Positions 29,952-40,470 of a DNA stretch of 64,000 nucleotides are shown here, one piece after another. Under the pieces are notes generated by a model that was not told the origin of the DNA, searched no databases, and saw only the letters and a program-made list of their open reading frames with translations. Positions within the stretch are counted from its first letter, which is position 1; every line of letters begins with the position of its first letter. Position numbers and translations under genes: made by a program. The DNA is from Actinomycetes bacterium (GTDB lineage Bacteria; Actinomycetota; Acidimicrobiia; Acidimicrobiales; JABEUL01): positions 19,977-83,976 of the forward strand of contig JAJYFT010000003.1 of NCBI GenBank assembly GCA_021790815.1, given 5' to 3'.

Positions 29952-31238
29952 CTAGTTAAGAAAACTCTCGTAGTTTCTCATCACCAGTTGACCATCAAGT
30001 TGCCTCAGGGTCTCAAGTGTGACTCCAACAGATATAAGAACAGTGACTCCAAAAAAAGGAACCTGCTTTATATTCCAAAGAACTAGAGGAATGGCAGGTA
30101 GGACTGCAAAGATAGCTAGATAAAGTGAACCAGGAAGCGTAATCCGATTCAAAATTCTACTCAGGTAACGTTCTGTCGGAAGTCCAGGTCTAATTCCAGG
30201 TATATATCCACCTTGTTTTCTAATCTGCTCTGCCTGAAGCTGTGGGTCAAACTGAATTCGAACGAAGAAAAATGCAAACAAGACAATCAACGCGCCATAA
30301 GTAAATATATAAATTATGCTCGTTGAAGCTAAATTATTCTTCACAAAATTTGTGAGTGGTTGCCATGGAATAATATTGGACAAAAGTACAGGAATATACA
30401 GTAATGAGCTAGCAAAAATTACTGGTACAACACCACTTTGATTAACTTTCAAGGGAATATAAGTTGATTGACCAGCCATTTGACGCCTTCCAACAATTCT
30501 TTTTGCGATAACCATTTGGATTCGTCGCTGACCTTGCTCCATAAAAACAATCGCTACAAGCATTGCAAGAGTTAAAGCCATTATCACCCAAAACTTAAAC
30601 TGTCCTGCTTGAGATAAAACTATCGCTCCAACACCTGGTAAAGTCGCCACTACATTTGCAAAGATAAGGATAGACATCCCTTGACCAATCCCGTGCTGGG
30701 TTATTAACTCACCCAACCACATGACAAACGCTGTTCCAGCCGTTAGTGTCAGAACAATAAATGCGGCTCTTGGAAATGTCCAGTCCGGGATAAGATCAAC
30801 TGAACTGCCTGTGTTGAATATCCCACCAGTGTGAAAGGCATACGTTAACCCAGATGCCTGCATAATTGCGAGCCCAACGGTCAAATAACGCGTAGTCTGA
30901 GTTAGTTTTTTCTGTCCTACTGGTCCTTGCTCTCTCCATTCAGCTAGTTTCGGAATTGCAGTTGTCAACATCTGCACAATGATCGAACTAGTTATGTAAG
31001 GCATTATCCCTAGCCCGAAAACAGCCATTTTAGTAATAGCGCCACCCGTAAACAAGCTGAGATACGCGAGAATACCGTTATTCTGTGCCTGTTGCTTCAA
31101 AGCTTGGAGCTGATGAACATCAACCCCTGGTACTGGTATATTTGCACCAAGTTGATAGGCTCCAATTACAAAGACGGTAAATAGAACTTTCTTTCTTAAG
31201 TCACCTACTTTGAAAATGTTAGAAAGTCTAGATAGCAC
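29952..31238 (-). CDS. secY: Preprotein translocase SecY
   Basis: LGIMPYITSSII, MWLGE, IPGIRPG. Confidence 0.99.
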   Translation of the reverse strand: MLSRLSNIFKVGDLRKKVLFTVFVIGAYQLGANIPVPGVDVHQLQALKQQAQNNGILAYLSLFTGGAITKMAVFGLGIMPYITSSIIVQMLTTAIPKLAEWREQGPVGQKKLTQTTRYLTVGLAIMQASGLTYAFHTGGIFNTGSSVDLIPDWTFPRAAFIVLTLTAGTAFVMWLGELITQHGIGQGMSILIFANVVATLPGVGAIVLSQAGQFKFWVIMALTLAMLVAIVFMEQGQRRIQMVIAKRIVGRRQMAGQSTYIPLKVNQSGVVPVIFASSLLYIPVLLSNIIPWQPLTNFVKNNLASTSIIYIFTYGALIVLFAFFFVRIQFDPQLQAEQIRKQGGYIPGIRPGLPTERYLSRILNRITLPGSLYLAIFAVLPAIPLVLWNIKQVPFFGVTVLISVGVTLETLRQLDGQLVMRNYESFLN

Positions 31239-31281
31239 CTGTCACTCCAAATTCGAATTATCTGAATTATAACCTTAAATT

Positions 31282-31770
31282 CTAGCGGTTTGAAAGCGCA
31301 CTACCAGAAACTGGCGGTCTCCCATGGCCAAACGGCGCAGGAATAATCTCAACTGAACCACCTTTTGCCTCAATCTCTTTTTGAGCAGAAGCTGAAATTG
31401 CGTGGACTTTTAATGTTAAAGCTGAGGATATTTCACCTCTACCTAAAACCTTAACCATTCCCCGTGAGTGCACAAGGCCCTTGTTTCTAAGTATCTCAGG
31501 AGTTATGGTGGATTCGTTGAGTCTACTAATATCGTCAAGGTTTACGACTTGGTATGTTACTTTAAACGGGTTTTTAAATCCTTTTAGCTTAGGAATTCTT
31601 TGGGTAAGAGGAAGTTGACCTCCTTCAAATCCTGGTCTAACCGAAGAACGAGCATTTTGCCCTTTTGTCCCTCTTCCAGCGGTTTTCCCTCCGTGTCCAC
31701 CAATACCACGTCCGACCCTGCGTTTTTTCGTTACGGATCCATAAGCTGGTTTCAAATCATGAATTTTCAT
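31282..31770 (-). CDS. rplO: Ribosomal protein uL15
   Basis: RVGRG, GFEGGQLPL. Confidence 0.98.
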   Translation of the reverse strand: MKIHDLKPAYGSVTKKRRVGRGIGGHGGKTAGRGTKGQNARSSVRPGFEGGQLPLTQRIPKLKGFKNPFKVTYQVVNLDDISRLNESTITPEILRNKGLVHSRGMVKVLGRGEISSALTLKVHAISASAQKEIEAKGGSVEIIPAPFGHGRPPVSGSALSNR

Positions 31771-31797
31771 TTTTTACCTTTTAACTAACTTCCTTGA

Positions 31798-31995
31798 TCA
31801 ATTTTCTGAGCTTATTTGCTCAACTTTAACCATGTGGCTAACGCGACGTATCATACCTAAAATCTCTGGTCTATTTGGAAGGTCGTTTGACTTTCCAATT
31901 TTACGGAGACCGAGGGCCCGAAGTGTAGCCTTAGTTTTAGGCTTGACACCGATTACTGATTTAATTTGTGTGACCCGAATTACCTGATTTTCCAT
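31798..31995 (-). CDS. rpmD: Ribosomal protein uL30
   Basis: TQIKSVIG, TLRALGLRKI. Confidence 0.97.
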   Translation of the reverse strand: MENQVIRVTQIKSVIGVKPKTKATLRALGLRKIGKSNDLPNRPEILGMIRRVSHMVKVEQISSEN

Positions 31996-31997
31996 AC

Positions 31998-32549
31998 TTA
32001 CTTCTCCTGCTGTGCTGAAGCTGCTATTTCTTTTCGTCTTTCCCTATACGCATTCAACACGCCTCTTGGGGTAACTTCTTCAACTGATTTTCCTCTTAGA
32101 CGAGCGACATCTTCGGGTCGTTTAAGTGCCTTTAGCCCTGCCATGGTAGCGTGAGCGACATTTAAACCGTTCGAAGACCCAAGTGATTTAGCAAGAATAT
32201 CGTGAATTCCGGCCATTTCAAGAATGGCTCGTGCTGCTCCACCAGCAATAACACCAGTACCCGGAGCTGCCGGTTTGAGCAGAACCCTTCCCGCTCCTGC
32301 TTCTCCAATAATCCTGTGAGTTATGGTTGAACCAGCTAAAGGAACTTCAATCATGCTCCTTTTAGCAACTTCTATACCTTTTTGAACTGCTAATCCTGCT
32401 TCTTTAGCTTTTCCATATCCAAGACCAACTTTGCCATTTCCGTCGCCTACCACCATTAACGCCGTAAAAGAAAACCTTCGCCCTCCTTTTACAACCTTTG
32501 CAACCCTATTTACTAATATTGTTCGCTCTTCATACTGAACCTCTACCAT
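31998..32549 (-). CDS. rpsE: Ribosomal protein uS5
   Basis: [24 protein letters not shown]. Confidence 0.99.
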   Translation of the reverse strand: MVEVQYEERTILVNRVAKVVKGGRRFSFTALMVVGDGNGKVGLGYGKAKEAGLAVQKGIEVAKRSMIEVPLAGSTITHRIIGEAGAGRVLLKPAAPGTGVIAGGAARAILEMAGIHDILAKSLGSSNGLNVAHATMAGLKALKRPEDVARLRGKSVEEVTPRGVLNAYRERRKEIAASAQQEK

Positions 32550-32551
32550 TG

Positions 32552-32914
32552 CTAAAACTCCAAACCAGCTGATCTTGCAGCTTCAGCCAACGCAGCAACT
32601 CGACCGTGATATATAAATCCACCCCGGTCAAAAACAACAGTTTTTATGCCTGCTTCCAATGCACGCTTTGCTACTTTTTCACCGATAATACCCGCAGCTT
32701 CAATTCCACTTTTTCTGTTTTCTTTAAAATCCTTTTCAAGTGTCGAAGCATGAACTAAGGTAGTTCCTTTTTGATCATCAATAATCTGTGCCGAGATGTG
32801 CTTTGACGATCGAAATACACAGAGACGCGGTCTTTCTGTTGTACCACTAATTTTAATGCGGATTCGAAAATGCCGCTTTTGTCTTGAACTGACTGAGCCT
32901 TTAGCTAAGGTCAT
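32552..32914 (-). CDS. rplR: Ribosomal protein uL18
   Basis: [21 protein letters not shown]. Confidence 0.99.
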   Translation of the reverse strand: MTLAKGSVSSRQKRHFRIRIKISGTTERPRLCVFRSSKHISAQIIDDQKGTTLVHASTLEKDFKENRKSGIEAAGIIGEKVAKRALEAGIKTVVFDRGGFIYHGRVAALAEAARSAGLEF

Positions 32915-33450
32915 TTTGCGGCTTTCCCTGCCTTTCTAATAATTCTTTCATTTGCATACCTGACACCTTTTCCTTTATAAGGTTCGGGCTTCCTTAGTTT
33001 TCTAATATCTGCAGCAACTTGACCAACTTTTTCCTTGTCAATACCTTTAACAATTATTTTATTATTGGCTGGAACCTCAAAACTCACTCCATCTGGCGCA
33101 GAGACAAAGACTGGATGGCTAAAACCTAAAGCGAGCTCTAACTCATTTGGCGCCTTTTGCATTGCACGGTAACCAACGCCAACAATATCAAGCTCCTTTA
33201 TAAACCCATTAGTTACACCAACTACCATGTTTGAAACAAGTGTCCGTGTTAGCCCATGTAGAGACCGAGCTGATCTACTTTCTTCAGATCGTTCGACATA
33301 TAGAGTATCACCATCTTGCCTTATCAAAATAGTTAGAGGAATTGTCCTCTCAAGATCTCCGTTAGGTCCTTTGACTTTTACCCTGTCACCATCGATATTA
33401 ACTTCAACATTGCTTGGAACTGCAATTGGAGTACGTCCTATTCTAGACAT
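32911..33450 (-). CDS. rplF: Ribosomal protein uL6
   Basis: [19 protein letters not shown]. Confidence 0.99.
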   Translation of the reverse strand: MSRIGRTPIAVPSNVEVNIDGDRVKVKGPNGDLERTIPLTILIRQDGDTLYVERSEESRSARSLHGLTRTLVSNMVVGVTNGFIKELDIVGVGYRAMQKAPNELELALGFSHPVFVSAPDGVSFEVPANNKIIVKGIDKEKVGQVAADIRKLRKPEPYKGKGVRYANERIIRKAGKAAK

Positions 33451-33499
33451 TCAATTCTCCTCTTCCGGTTTTACTATACCTATGATTGTGCTAAACCTA

Positions 33500-33904
33500 C
33501 TACCAAACATGACACAAAATCTCTCCACCCATGTTGGCTTTCCTAGCTTCACGATCGGTCATTAGGCCTTTTGAAGTTGAAATGATTGCAAGTCCAAGTC
33601 CTCCAAGGACACGAGGAACCTGATCGGCTCTCGCGTAAATCCTAAGACCTGGTTTTGAAACCCTTCTCAAACCACCGATCGTTCTTTCTCTCTCTTGTGT
33701 ATACCTAAGATCTAACTCAAGAGTGCTGCCGACACTATTTTGATTATCTACTAACTTATAGCCAGCTAAGTAACCTTCTCTCGTAAGAATTTGAGCAAGT
33801 GCAACCTTTAGCTTTGATGAAGGCATCTTTACAGACGGCTTCATTGCAAGATTTGCATTCCTAATTCTAGTTAGCATATCTGCTATAGGATCGGTCATAG
33901 TCAT
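33500..33904 (-). CDS. rpsH: Ribosomal protein uS8
   Basis: [22 protein letters not shown]. Confidence 0.99.
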   Translation of the reverse strand: MTMTDPIADMLTRIRNANLAMKPSVKMPSSKLKVALAQILTREGYLAGYKLVDNQNSVGSTLELDLRYTQERERTIGGLRRVSKPGLRIYARADQVPRVLGGLGLAIISTSKGLMTDREARKANMGGEILCHVW

Positions 33905-33919
33905 ACGTTTAAGCCCTCC

Positions 33920-34105
33920 TTACCAACTCGACTTCGTAACACCGGGAACCTCACCTGCGTGCACCATTTCTCTAAAACATATCCTGCAAAGACCAAATTT
34001 TTTAAAAACGGCTTTCGGGCGACCGCATCTAAGACATCGAGTGTATGCTCTCACTTTATATTTTGGTACTCTTTGTTGTTTTTGAACTAAGGCTTTTTTT
34101 GCCAT
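33920..34105 (-). CDS. rpsN: Ribosomal protein uS14 type Z
   Basis: 61 aa, [15 protein letters not shown]. Confidence 0.98.
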   Translation of the reverse strand: MAKKALVQKQQRVPKYKVRAYTRCLRCGRPKAVFKKFGLCRICFREMVHAGEVPGVTKSSW

Positions 34106-34107
34106 CT

Positions 34108-34692
34108 TTAATTTCCTTCCCGTTTGAATGGGAACCCAAGCGCAACAAGTAGCGCTTTACCTTCTTCATTACTTTTTGCTGTTGTTACGATAGTTATATC
34201 CATACCCCTCGATGCGTCGATTGAATCGTAATCTATTTCGGGGAATATTAATTGTTCTACAACTCCAAAAGTGTAGTTTCCTTTACCATCAAAAGATTTA
34301 TTTGGCAATCCTCTAAAGTCTCGAATTCTTGGAATCGATATAGCTACAAGTCTGTCGTAAAACTCCCACATCCTATCGCCTCTAAGTGTAACTTTCGCGC
34401 CAATCGGGTTGCCTTCACGCAGTTTAAATTGAGAAATTGATATTTTAGCTTTTGTTACTAAAGGCTTTTGTCCAGTGATCTTTTCAAGATCTCTTAGTGC
34501 ACCATCTAAAAGCGATTGCTGCTGGGTAGCTTTGCCAACTCCCATATTTATAACAATCTTTGATAGAGTTGGTACTTCCATAATGTTTTTGAAGTGCAAC
34601 GATTCTTTTAATTCATTTCTAATAGTTGAAAGATATCGCTCTTTTAGTCTCGGCACTTTGCGCTCTGTTTGAAAAGAAGTAGATGATGCCAT
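34108..34692 (-). CDS. rplE: Ribosomal protein uL5
   Basis: [22 protein letters not shown]. Confidence 0.99.
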   Translation of the reverse strand: MASSTSFQTERKVPRLKERYLSTIRNELKESLHFKNIMEVPTLSKIVINMGVGKATQQQSLLDGALRDLEKITGQKPLVTKAKISISQFKLREGNPIGAKVTLRGDRMWEFYDRLVAISIPRIRDFRGLPNKSFDGKGNYTFGVVEQLIFPEIDYDSIDASRGMDITIVTTAKSNEEGKALLVALGFPFKREGN

Positions 34693-34995
34693 TTAAAGGT
34701 CGCCTCCACATTTTCCACAGACTCTTTTTTTTGAGCTGTCGCTCAATTCGTAAGAAATTCGTGTCGGGCCACAGGACGAGCAGACAATCGCAACGTTGGA
34801 AGCATTGACAGGCATATCTTTATCAATAATGCCACCTTGCATCATTGCTTTAGTAGCTTTAGTATGCTTCTTAACAACATTGACTCTATCGACTATTACT
34901 TTATTCGTGTGTGGGAATACATGCATTACCTCACCTTCACGTCCTTTGTCCTTGCCAGTAAGTACTCTGACTTTATCTCCCTTTTTAATTTTCAT
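34693..34995 (-). CDS. rplX: Ribosomal protein uL24 with C-terminal CxxC..CxxC
   Basis: KIKKGDKVRVLTGKDKG; CSSC..CGKC. Confidence 0.98.
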   Translation of the reverse strand: MKIKKGDKVRVLTGKDKGREGEVMHVFPHTNKVIVDRVNVVKKHTKATKAMMQGGIIDKDMPVNASNVAIVCSSCGPTRISYELSDSSKKRVCGKCGGDL

Positions 34996-35364
34996 CTATA
35001 TAACCTCCGGAGCAAGTGAGATAATTCGCATAAATCGTTTCTCTCGCAACTCACGGCCCACAGGCCCAAAAATACGAGTACCTCGAGGTTGCATCTGCTC
35101 ATTAATCAAAACTGCAGCGTTCTCATCAAATCTTATGTAGCTTCCGTCTGGTCGTCTTTTTTCTTTTTTCGTCCTGACGACAACACACTTGACAACATCA
35201 CCCTTTTTTACCCCCGCACCTGGAATAGCATCTTTAACCGTGGCAACAAAAATATCGCCAATCGACGCGTACCGGCGTCTGGAACCTCCAAGAACTTTGA
35301 TGCAAAGAACTTCTTTAGCTCCAGAGTTATCCGCAACCTTAAGCCTAGTTTCTTGCTGAATCAT
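34996..35364 (-). CDS. rplN: Ribosomal protein uL14
   Basis: [16 protein letters not shown]. Confidence 0.99.
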   Translation of the reverse strand: MIQQETRLKVADNSGAKEVLCIKVLGGSRRRYASIGDIFVATVKDAIPGAGVKKGDVVKCVVVRTKKEKRRPDGSYIRFDENAAVLINEQMQPRGTRIFGPVGRELREKRFMRIISLAPEVI

Positions 35365-35642
35365 CTGGCACGCTCCACAATTTCAACAAGCCTCCAATGC
35401 TTACTTTTTGATAGCGGCCGAGTTTCAACAACTTTCACTTTGTCTCCAATATTGGCATCATTAGCTTCATCATGGACATAGAGTTTCTTCGTCTGTTGAA
35501 CAATCTTCTTATAACGAGGATGTCGAACTCTTTCAATAACAGCAACTACACACGTCTTTTGCATGGCAGTTGATACTACTATTCCTTCACGCTCTTTTCG
35601 ACGGGTTCTTACGTTTTCTATATTTTCTTCAACTTCATTCAT
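35361..35642 (-). CDS. rpsQ: Ribosomal protein uS17
   Basis: [22 protein letters not shown]; start moved to ATG 35642, overlapping the rpmC stop. Confidence 0.98.
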   Translation of the reverse strand: MNEVEENIENVRTRRKEREGIVVSTAMQKTCVVAVIERVRHPRYKKIVQQTKKLYVHDEANDANIGDKVKVVETRPLSKSKHWRLVEIVERAR

Positions 35643-36039
35643 CTTCATCCGCCTCTGTAGCTTCTTCATCTTCAACCGAAGAATTCACTTCAATTGCATC
35701 TTCTTCACTATGATCTATCTTGCTCTTAATTTCGACATCAATCTCATCTGAACTATCTTGATCTGGTTCTTCATCTACCTCAAGTTCTTCGATAGTAGAT
35801 ACTTTAAGTTTTCTAGTTTTCAATGAAACTGGTTTTAAATGTTCAATACCAAGCTCATCTTCATGAAGAATTGTTAAAATGCGTGCGATCTCTTGCTTAA
35901 CTTTCTTTATTTCAGACACATTGTCGAGCTGTCCCGTTGCTGCCCGAAACCTCAAGGACACTAGAGCTTGCCGACTTTCATTCAATCTCCCTACCAACTC
36001 AGCGGTGTGATACGTAGCTAGTTCTTTAGCCTTCGTCAT
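35635..36039 (-). CDS. rpmC: Ribosomal protein uL29 with acidic C-terminal extension
   Basis: [17 protein letters not shown], then about 70 extra D/E-rich residues. Confidence 0.96.
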   Translation of the reverse strand: MTKAKELATYHTAELVGRLNESRQALVSLRFRAATGQLDNVSEIKKVKQEIARILTILHEDELGIEHLKPVSLKTRKLKVSTIEELEVDEEPDQDSSDEIDVEIKSKIDHSEEDAIEVNSSVEDEEATEADEDE

Positions 36040-36461
36040 ACTTGCACCTCCAGTGGATTTCTTACAACAAATCGAGCCTTCATGGGAAGCTTTTGAATCG
36101 CTAGGTTCATAGCTTCTTTGGCTAGCTCCTCATTCACTCCAGCTAGTTCGAATAGTATTCGACCTGGTTTTATTACTGCAACCCAAAGCTCCGGATTCCC
36201 TTTTCCAGAACCCATTCTCGTCTCTGCTGGCTTTTTCGTAACTGGTTTGTCTGGGAAAATACGAATCCAAACTTTCCCACCACGTCGGACATGTCTAGTC
36301 ATTGCAATACGAGCAGCTTCAATTTGACGGGCCGTCAACCAAGCTGGTTCAAGAGCCTGAATTCCAAAATCTCCGAAACTCACATCAGATCCACCCTTTG
36401 CCATTCCAGTCATCCGCCCACGATGGGTCTTTCTGTAACGCACTTTTTTAGGCATTAACAT
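36036..36461 (-). CDS. rplP: Ribosomal protein uL16
   Basis: MLMPKK, RQIEAAR, RMGSGKG. Confidence 0.99.
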   Translation of the reverse strand: MLMPKKVRYRKTHRGRMTGMAKGGSDVSFGDFGIQALEPAWLTARQIEAARIAMTRHVRRGGKVWIRIFPDKPVTKKPAETRMGSGKGNPELWVAVIKPGRILFELAGVNEELAKEAMNLAIQKLPMKARFVVRNPLEVQV

Positions 36462-36463
36462 AG

Positions 36464-37378
36464 TTAATCGGACTCCTTTCTGAAGTGTGGTGTCTCGTGA
36501 TGCTCTCCACGTATTCTTCTTTCAATCTCTTCTTCTTCTGCTAAAAGCTTCTCAAGGGCATCACCATCTGGACCTGAATTTGAAAGCTCTTCTTTTTCAA
36601 TGGGAACTTCTGACTCTCCGAAAACAGTCTGGTCTGGACGGCGCTTTCCTCCACCAGCAGTAATGATTCTTCGGGGCTTAAGTTGACCAGAAGTCTCTCC
36701 AACCGCCATTGCCGCTTCTTGGTGAATTTTATCCTCGGAAGTAGTCTTGTAAGGAACAATATCGCCTTTATAAATCCAAACTTTAACCCCAATTCGGCCA
36801 AATGTGGTCCTAGCTTCCCTGAAACCGTAGTCAACATCTGCCCTAAGGGTATGAAGAGGGACACGACCTTCACGATACGATTCTTTTCTAGCCATTTCAG
36901 CTCCACCAAGTCGGCCTGAACATTGGACTTTAACGCCCTGACCACCAGCCTTTTGAACCATTTGAATAGCTCTTTTCATTGCACGTCTGAAGCTAATTCT
37001 TCTTGAAAGCTGATCTGCAATACCTTGTGCAATTAGTGCTGCATCAAGTTCAGGTTGTTTAATTTCCTGAATGTTAAGAGAAATTTTAGAGTTACCTGTT
37101 ATGTGTTCAAGCCTCTTTCTAAGCCTCTCCGCCTCTTGACCTTTACGCCCAATTACAATACCTGGCCTTGCCGTATGTACATCAACTCTAAGTCTGTCTC
37201 TGGTTCTCTCGATTTCTACCCTACTTACCGCTGCGGCTTCTAGCTCTCGCATTAGGTAGTCTCGAATTTTCCAGTCTTCTATAACTAGTTTCTTGTAGTC
37301 TCGGTCCTCAAACCAACGTGATTTCCAATCAGTAGTTATACCTAGCCTAAATCCATATGGATTAACTTTCTGTCCCAT
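36464..37378 (-). CDS. rpsC: Ribosomal protein uS3 with long C-terminal tail
   Basis: [23 protein letters not shown]. Confidence 0.99.
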   Translation of the reverse strand: MGQKVNPYGFRLGITTDWKSRWFEDRDYKKLVIEDWKIRDYLMRELEAAAVSRVEIERTRDRLRVDVHTARPGIVIGRKGQEAERLRKRLEHITGNSKISLNIQEIKQPELDAALIAQGIADQLSRRISFRRAMKRAIQMVQKAGGQGVKVQCSGRLGGAEMARKESYREGRVPLHTLRADVDYGFREARTTFGRIGVKVWIYKGDIVPYKTTSEDKIHQEAAMAVGETSGQLKPRRIITAGGGKRRPDQTVFGESEVPIEKEELSNSGPDGDALEKLLAEEEEIERRIRGEHHETPHFRKESD

Positions 37379-37382
37379 TTAA

Positions 37383-38303
37383 CTAACCCTCGCTTCCATC
37401 AGAGTCTTGAACTTCGCTGTCTTCAGCACCTGAATCTGATTCCAAAACTGATTCATCCTCCAAATCGATTGCGAGTTTTTCTGCAGCTTCAGATCTCACG
37501 GGAGTTTCCTGATGTCTACCTAAGTCAGAATCTTCTAATTCGAGTTCATCCTCTAAATCGATTGCGAGTTTTTCTGCAGCTTCAGATCTCACGGGAGTTT
37601 CCTGATGTCTACCTAAGTCAGAATCTTCTAATTCGAGTTCATCCTCTAAATCGATTGCGAGTTTTTCTGCAGCTTCAGATCTCACGGGAGTTTCCTGATG
37701 TCTACCTAAGTCAGAATCTTCTAATTCGAGTTCATCCTCTAAATCGATTGCGAGTTTCTCTGCAGCTTCAGATCTTTGACCTTCAGCGCCTAAGCTCTCT
37801 TCAAGCTCAACTATCTCGTTTGTATCAGCACTAAGTTCTTGTACATCATCACTATTTTCCGACTTTGCTTTAGAACTTGCTCGAGCAGCTTCCACTCGTT
37901 TCTGCCTTCGAATCGCGGTTTCAGCAGCTCTTCTAGATCTAACTTTTTCAAGTTCTTCTGGCGTTAATCGTGAGACTTCAATAGTAATATGACAATTTCT
38001 TTTCCTGATTCTTGAAGCCCTTCCTCGCGCTCTTGGCTTAAACCGTTTCATCGTAGCGCCTTCATCAGCAAAACAAGTAGAAACGTAAAGCTCAGTAGCG
38101 TCAAGACCTTCAGATTGAGCGGCGTTTGCTATTGCAGAGGCTAAAACCTTAGCAATTGGAATTGCTGGTCCCCTAGATGTTTTTAGCAGCATAGAAATAG
38201 CATCGTGAGCATTTTCCCCACGAATTATATCCAAGACTTCACGCGCCTTATATGCTGAGAAACGAGCAAACTTAAGTCGAGCTGATGCAACTTCATTAGC
38301 CAC
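37383..38303 (-). CDS. rplV: Ribosomal protein uL22 with repeat-containing acidic tail (306 aa)
   Basis: SAYKAR, ANA, PRARGRA..IRKR core of about 115 aa, then a long tail. Confidence 0.97.
   Translation of the reverse strand: MANEVASARLKFARFSAYKAREVLDIIRGENAHDAISMLLKTSRGPAIPIAKVLASAIANAAQSEGLDATELYVSTCFADEGATMKRFKPRARGRASRIRKRNCHITIEVSRLTPEELEKVRSRRAAETAIRRQKRVEAARASSKAKSENSDDVQELSADTNEIVELEESLGAEGQRSEAAEKLAIDLEDELELEDSDLGRHQETPVRSEAAEKLAIDLEDELELEDSDLGRHQETPVRSEAAEKLAIDLEDELELEDSDLGRHQETPVRSEAAEKLAIDLEDESVLESDSGAEDSEVQDSDGSEG
37452..37775. repeat. 93-bp in-frame tandem repeat, about 3.5 copies, inside rplV
   Basis: AAATCGATTGCGAG recurs at 37462, 37555, 37648 and 37741; unit RSEAAEKLAIDLEDELELEDSDLGRHQETPV. 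Confidence 0.97.
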
Positions 38304-38305
38304 CT

Positions 38306-38584
38306 TTATCGCCTCCCTTGCCTTTCTTGACCGGCATGAAATCTAAAGGTTCGTGTCGGCGCAAACTCCCCAAGTTTGTGACCAACCATTGATTCCGAAA
38401 CGAAGACAGGCACATGCTTTCTGCCATCGTGCACAGCAATTGTGTGACCAACCATGTCAGGTATTATCGTCGATCGTCGTGACCATGTCTTAATAACCCT
38501 CTTCTCATTTGCCTGATTCATGATTTCTACTTTTTTCAATAAGTGGTCATCCACAAAAGGACCTTTTTTTAAACTTCTCGGCAT
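38306..38584 (-). CDS. rpsS: Ribosomal protein uS19
   Basis: [17 protein letters not shown]. Confidence 0.99.
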   Translation of the reverse strand: MPRSLKKGPFVDDHLLKKVEIMNQANEKRVIKTWSRRSTIIPDMVGHTIAVHDGRKHVPVFVSESMVGHKLGEFAPTRTFRFHAGQERQGRR

Positions 38585-38598
38585 ATCTTTTCCTTTAC

Positions 38599-39435
38599 CT
38601 ATCGCCTCGCGCCTCGACCTCGTCGGCGACGGATTATAAGCTTGTCTGAATCTTTATTCTTGCGACGTGTGCGACCTTCAGGCTTGCCCCACGGAGAAAC
38701 AGGGTGACGTCCACCAGAAGTCTTACCTTCTCCACCACCTAGTGGGTGATCAACTGGGTTCATGGCAACACCACGAGTCTGAGGTCTTACACCCTTCCAC
38801 CTATTTCGACCTGCTTTCCCTATAGAAATTAATTCAGCCTCCGAATTGCCTACTTCTCCTACAGTTGCTCTGCAATCTATCATTACCCTACGCATTTCGG
38901 TAGAAGGAAGCCTGACAGTTGCATACGCTCCTTCTTTCGCTACAAGTTGAATTGCTGCTCCTGCACCTCGACCCATTTTCCCGCCGGCACCAGGTTTTAA
39001 CTCTACGTTGTGGACTACAGTACCAACTGGAATATAACGCATGGGTAGTGCATTTCCAGGTCTAATATCAGCATCTCTACCCGACTTTACAAAGTCACCA
39101 ACTTTAATCTTGTTCGGGGCAAGTATGTACCGTTTTTCACCGTCTTCGTAGTGAAGTAAAGCAATTCTCGCATTACGGTTTGGATCATACTCGATTGCAA
39201 CAACTTTTGCGCCAATTCCATCTTTATCGCGCTTAAAGTCTACAATTCTGTACTGCCTCTTATGACCTCCACCTTTGTGTCTTGCAGTTTTGCGACCCAG
39301 GTTATTTCTACCCCCAGTTGAGGGCTTCGGTCCAATTAGTGACTTTTCAGGTTTTGACTTTGTAATTTCAGAAAAGTCCGAGACAGTCTGAAAGCGGCGA
39401 CCTGCGCTAGTAGGCTTACGTTGCCTTAGTGCCAT
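38599..39435 (-). CDS. rplB: Ribosomal protein uL2
   Basis: [17 protein letters not shown]. Confidence 0.99.
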   Translation of the reverse strand: MALRQRKPTSAGRRFQTVSDFSEITKSKPEKSLIGPKPSTGGRNNLGRKTARHKGGGHKRQYRIVDFKRDKDGIGAKVVAIEYDPNRNARIALLHYEDGEKRYILAPNKIKVGDFVKSGRDADIRPGNALPMRYIPVGTVVHNVELKPGAGGKMGRGAGAAIQLVAKEGAYATVRLPSTEMRRVMIDCRATVGEVGNSEAELISIGKAGRNRWKGVRPQTRGVAMNPVDHPLGGGEGKTSGGRHPVSPWGKPEGRTRRKNKDSDKLIIRRRRGRGARR

Positions 39436-39732
39436 TTAACTACGCACCTCCTCAAAGATTTCGATCTTATCTCCAGGCTGCAACGTTACTATGGCTCGTT
39501 TTATATCAGGTTTTTTCCCTTGCCTGCCCGATCTTCGATCTGTAACTACTTTTCCTGATCTGCGAAGTGTATTCACTTTTTTTACTCTGACTTGAAATGT
39601 ACTTTCAACGGCTTGCCTTATTTCAATCTTCGTTGAAGTTGGCTCAACGGAAAATACATACGACCCAGAGTCCATTAATGAATATGACTTTTCGGAAACA
39701 ACCGGATTAAATAGGATTGTCTTTTTCTTCAT
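39436..39732 (-). CDS. rplW: Ribosomal protein uL23
   Basis: PVVSEKS, TKIEI, KRAIVTL. Confidence 0.98.
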   Translation of the reverse strand: MKKKTILFNPVVSEKSYSLMDSGSYVFSVEPTSTKIEIRQAVESTFQVRVKKVNTLRRSGKVVTDRRSGRQGKKPDIKRAIVTLQPGDKIEIFEEVRS

Positions 39733-40470
39733 TTAAACACTTACACTTTCCGATATAGGAGCATTTGCATCAGAACTTTCAAATTTACCTGCAAGAAGAG
39801 TCGAGTCAGTGAATACTATCCAGTCATTGAAAAGAACAGCATACGTCGTAAGTTGCGATATTTCAACTGTCGTAACGTTAGGAAGATTCCTAAAAGAAAG
39901 AGCTGCATTATCATCAACTGAATTGAGAACTACTAGGATTTTTCCTCGAACTTTAATTTTCTCCAATAGTTCGATCGCTTCTTTTGTTGAGGGTGTTTCA
40001 AAATCGAACCTCTCAATGATTGCAACTCTCCTTAGCTTCGCTCTATCAGAAAGTGCCGATTTCAAACTTGCTCTAACCATCTTCTTTGGAGTTTTTTGAT
40101 CATGATTCTGTGGCTTTGGGCCAAGCGCAACACCTCCACCTGTAAATTGAGGGGCTCTCGTTGTACCTTGGCGCGCTCTTCCAGTCCCTTTTTGCCTAAA
40201 CGGCTTTGCTCCCCCTCCTCTGACTTCGGCTCTAGTTTTTGTCGATCTAGTGCCCGATCGGATAGAGGCCAGATAGGCCGTCACTACTTGATGCATCAAT
40301 GCAACGTTTGGGATTAATCCGAAAATTTCTTTGTCAAGCTCTACTTCAGTGTCGAACTCTCCATTTGAATTAAATCTTTTTGCTTTTCTCAAGATAAGTT
40401 CTTGCTGCCTACGGATTTTTTTGCCAATATACTTATTCGCATAAGCGTCATTATCTAAAACAACCGTCAT
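39733..40470 (-). CDS. rplD: Ribosomal protein uL4 with N-terminal extension
   Basis: TKTRAEVRGGG.KPFRQKGTGRAR. Confidence 0.98.
   Translation of the reverse strand: MTVVLDNDAYANKYIGKKIRRQQELILRKAKRFNSNGEFDTEVELDKEIFGLIPNVALMHQVVTAYLASIRSGTRSTKTRAEVRGGGAKPFRQKGTGRARQGTTRAPQFTGGGVALGPKPQNHDQKTPKKMVRASLKSALSDRAKLRRVAIIERFDFETPSTKEAIELLEKIKVRGKILVVLNSVDDNAALSFRNLPNVTTVEISQLTTYAVLFNDWIVFTDSTLLAGKFESSDANAPISESVSV

Noticed and set aside
37452-37775. 93-bp periodic repeat as a CRISPR array
   Set aside because: Units are identical end to end with no unique spacers, lie in frame within rplV, and there are no cas genes
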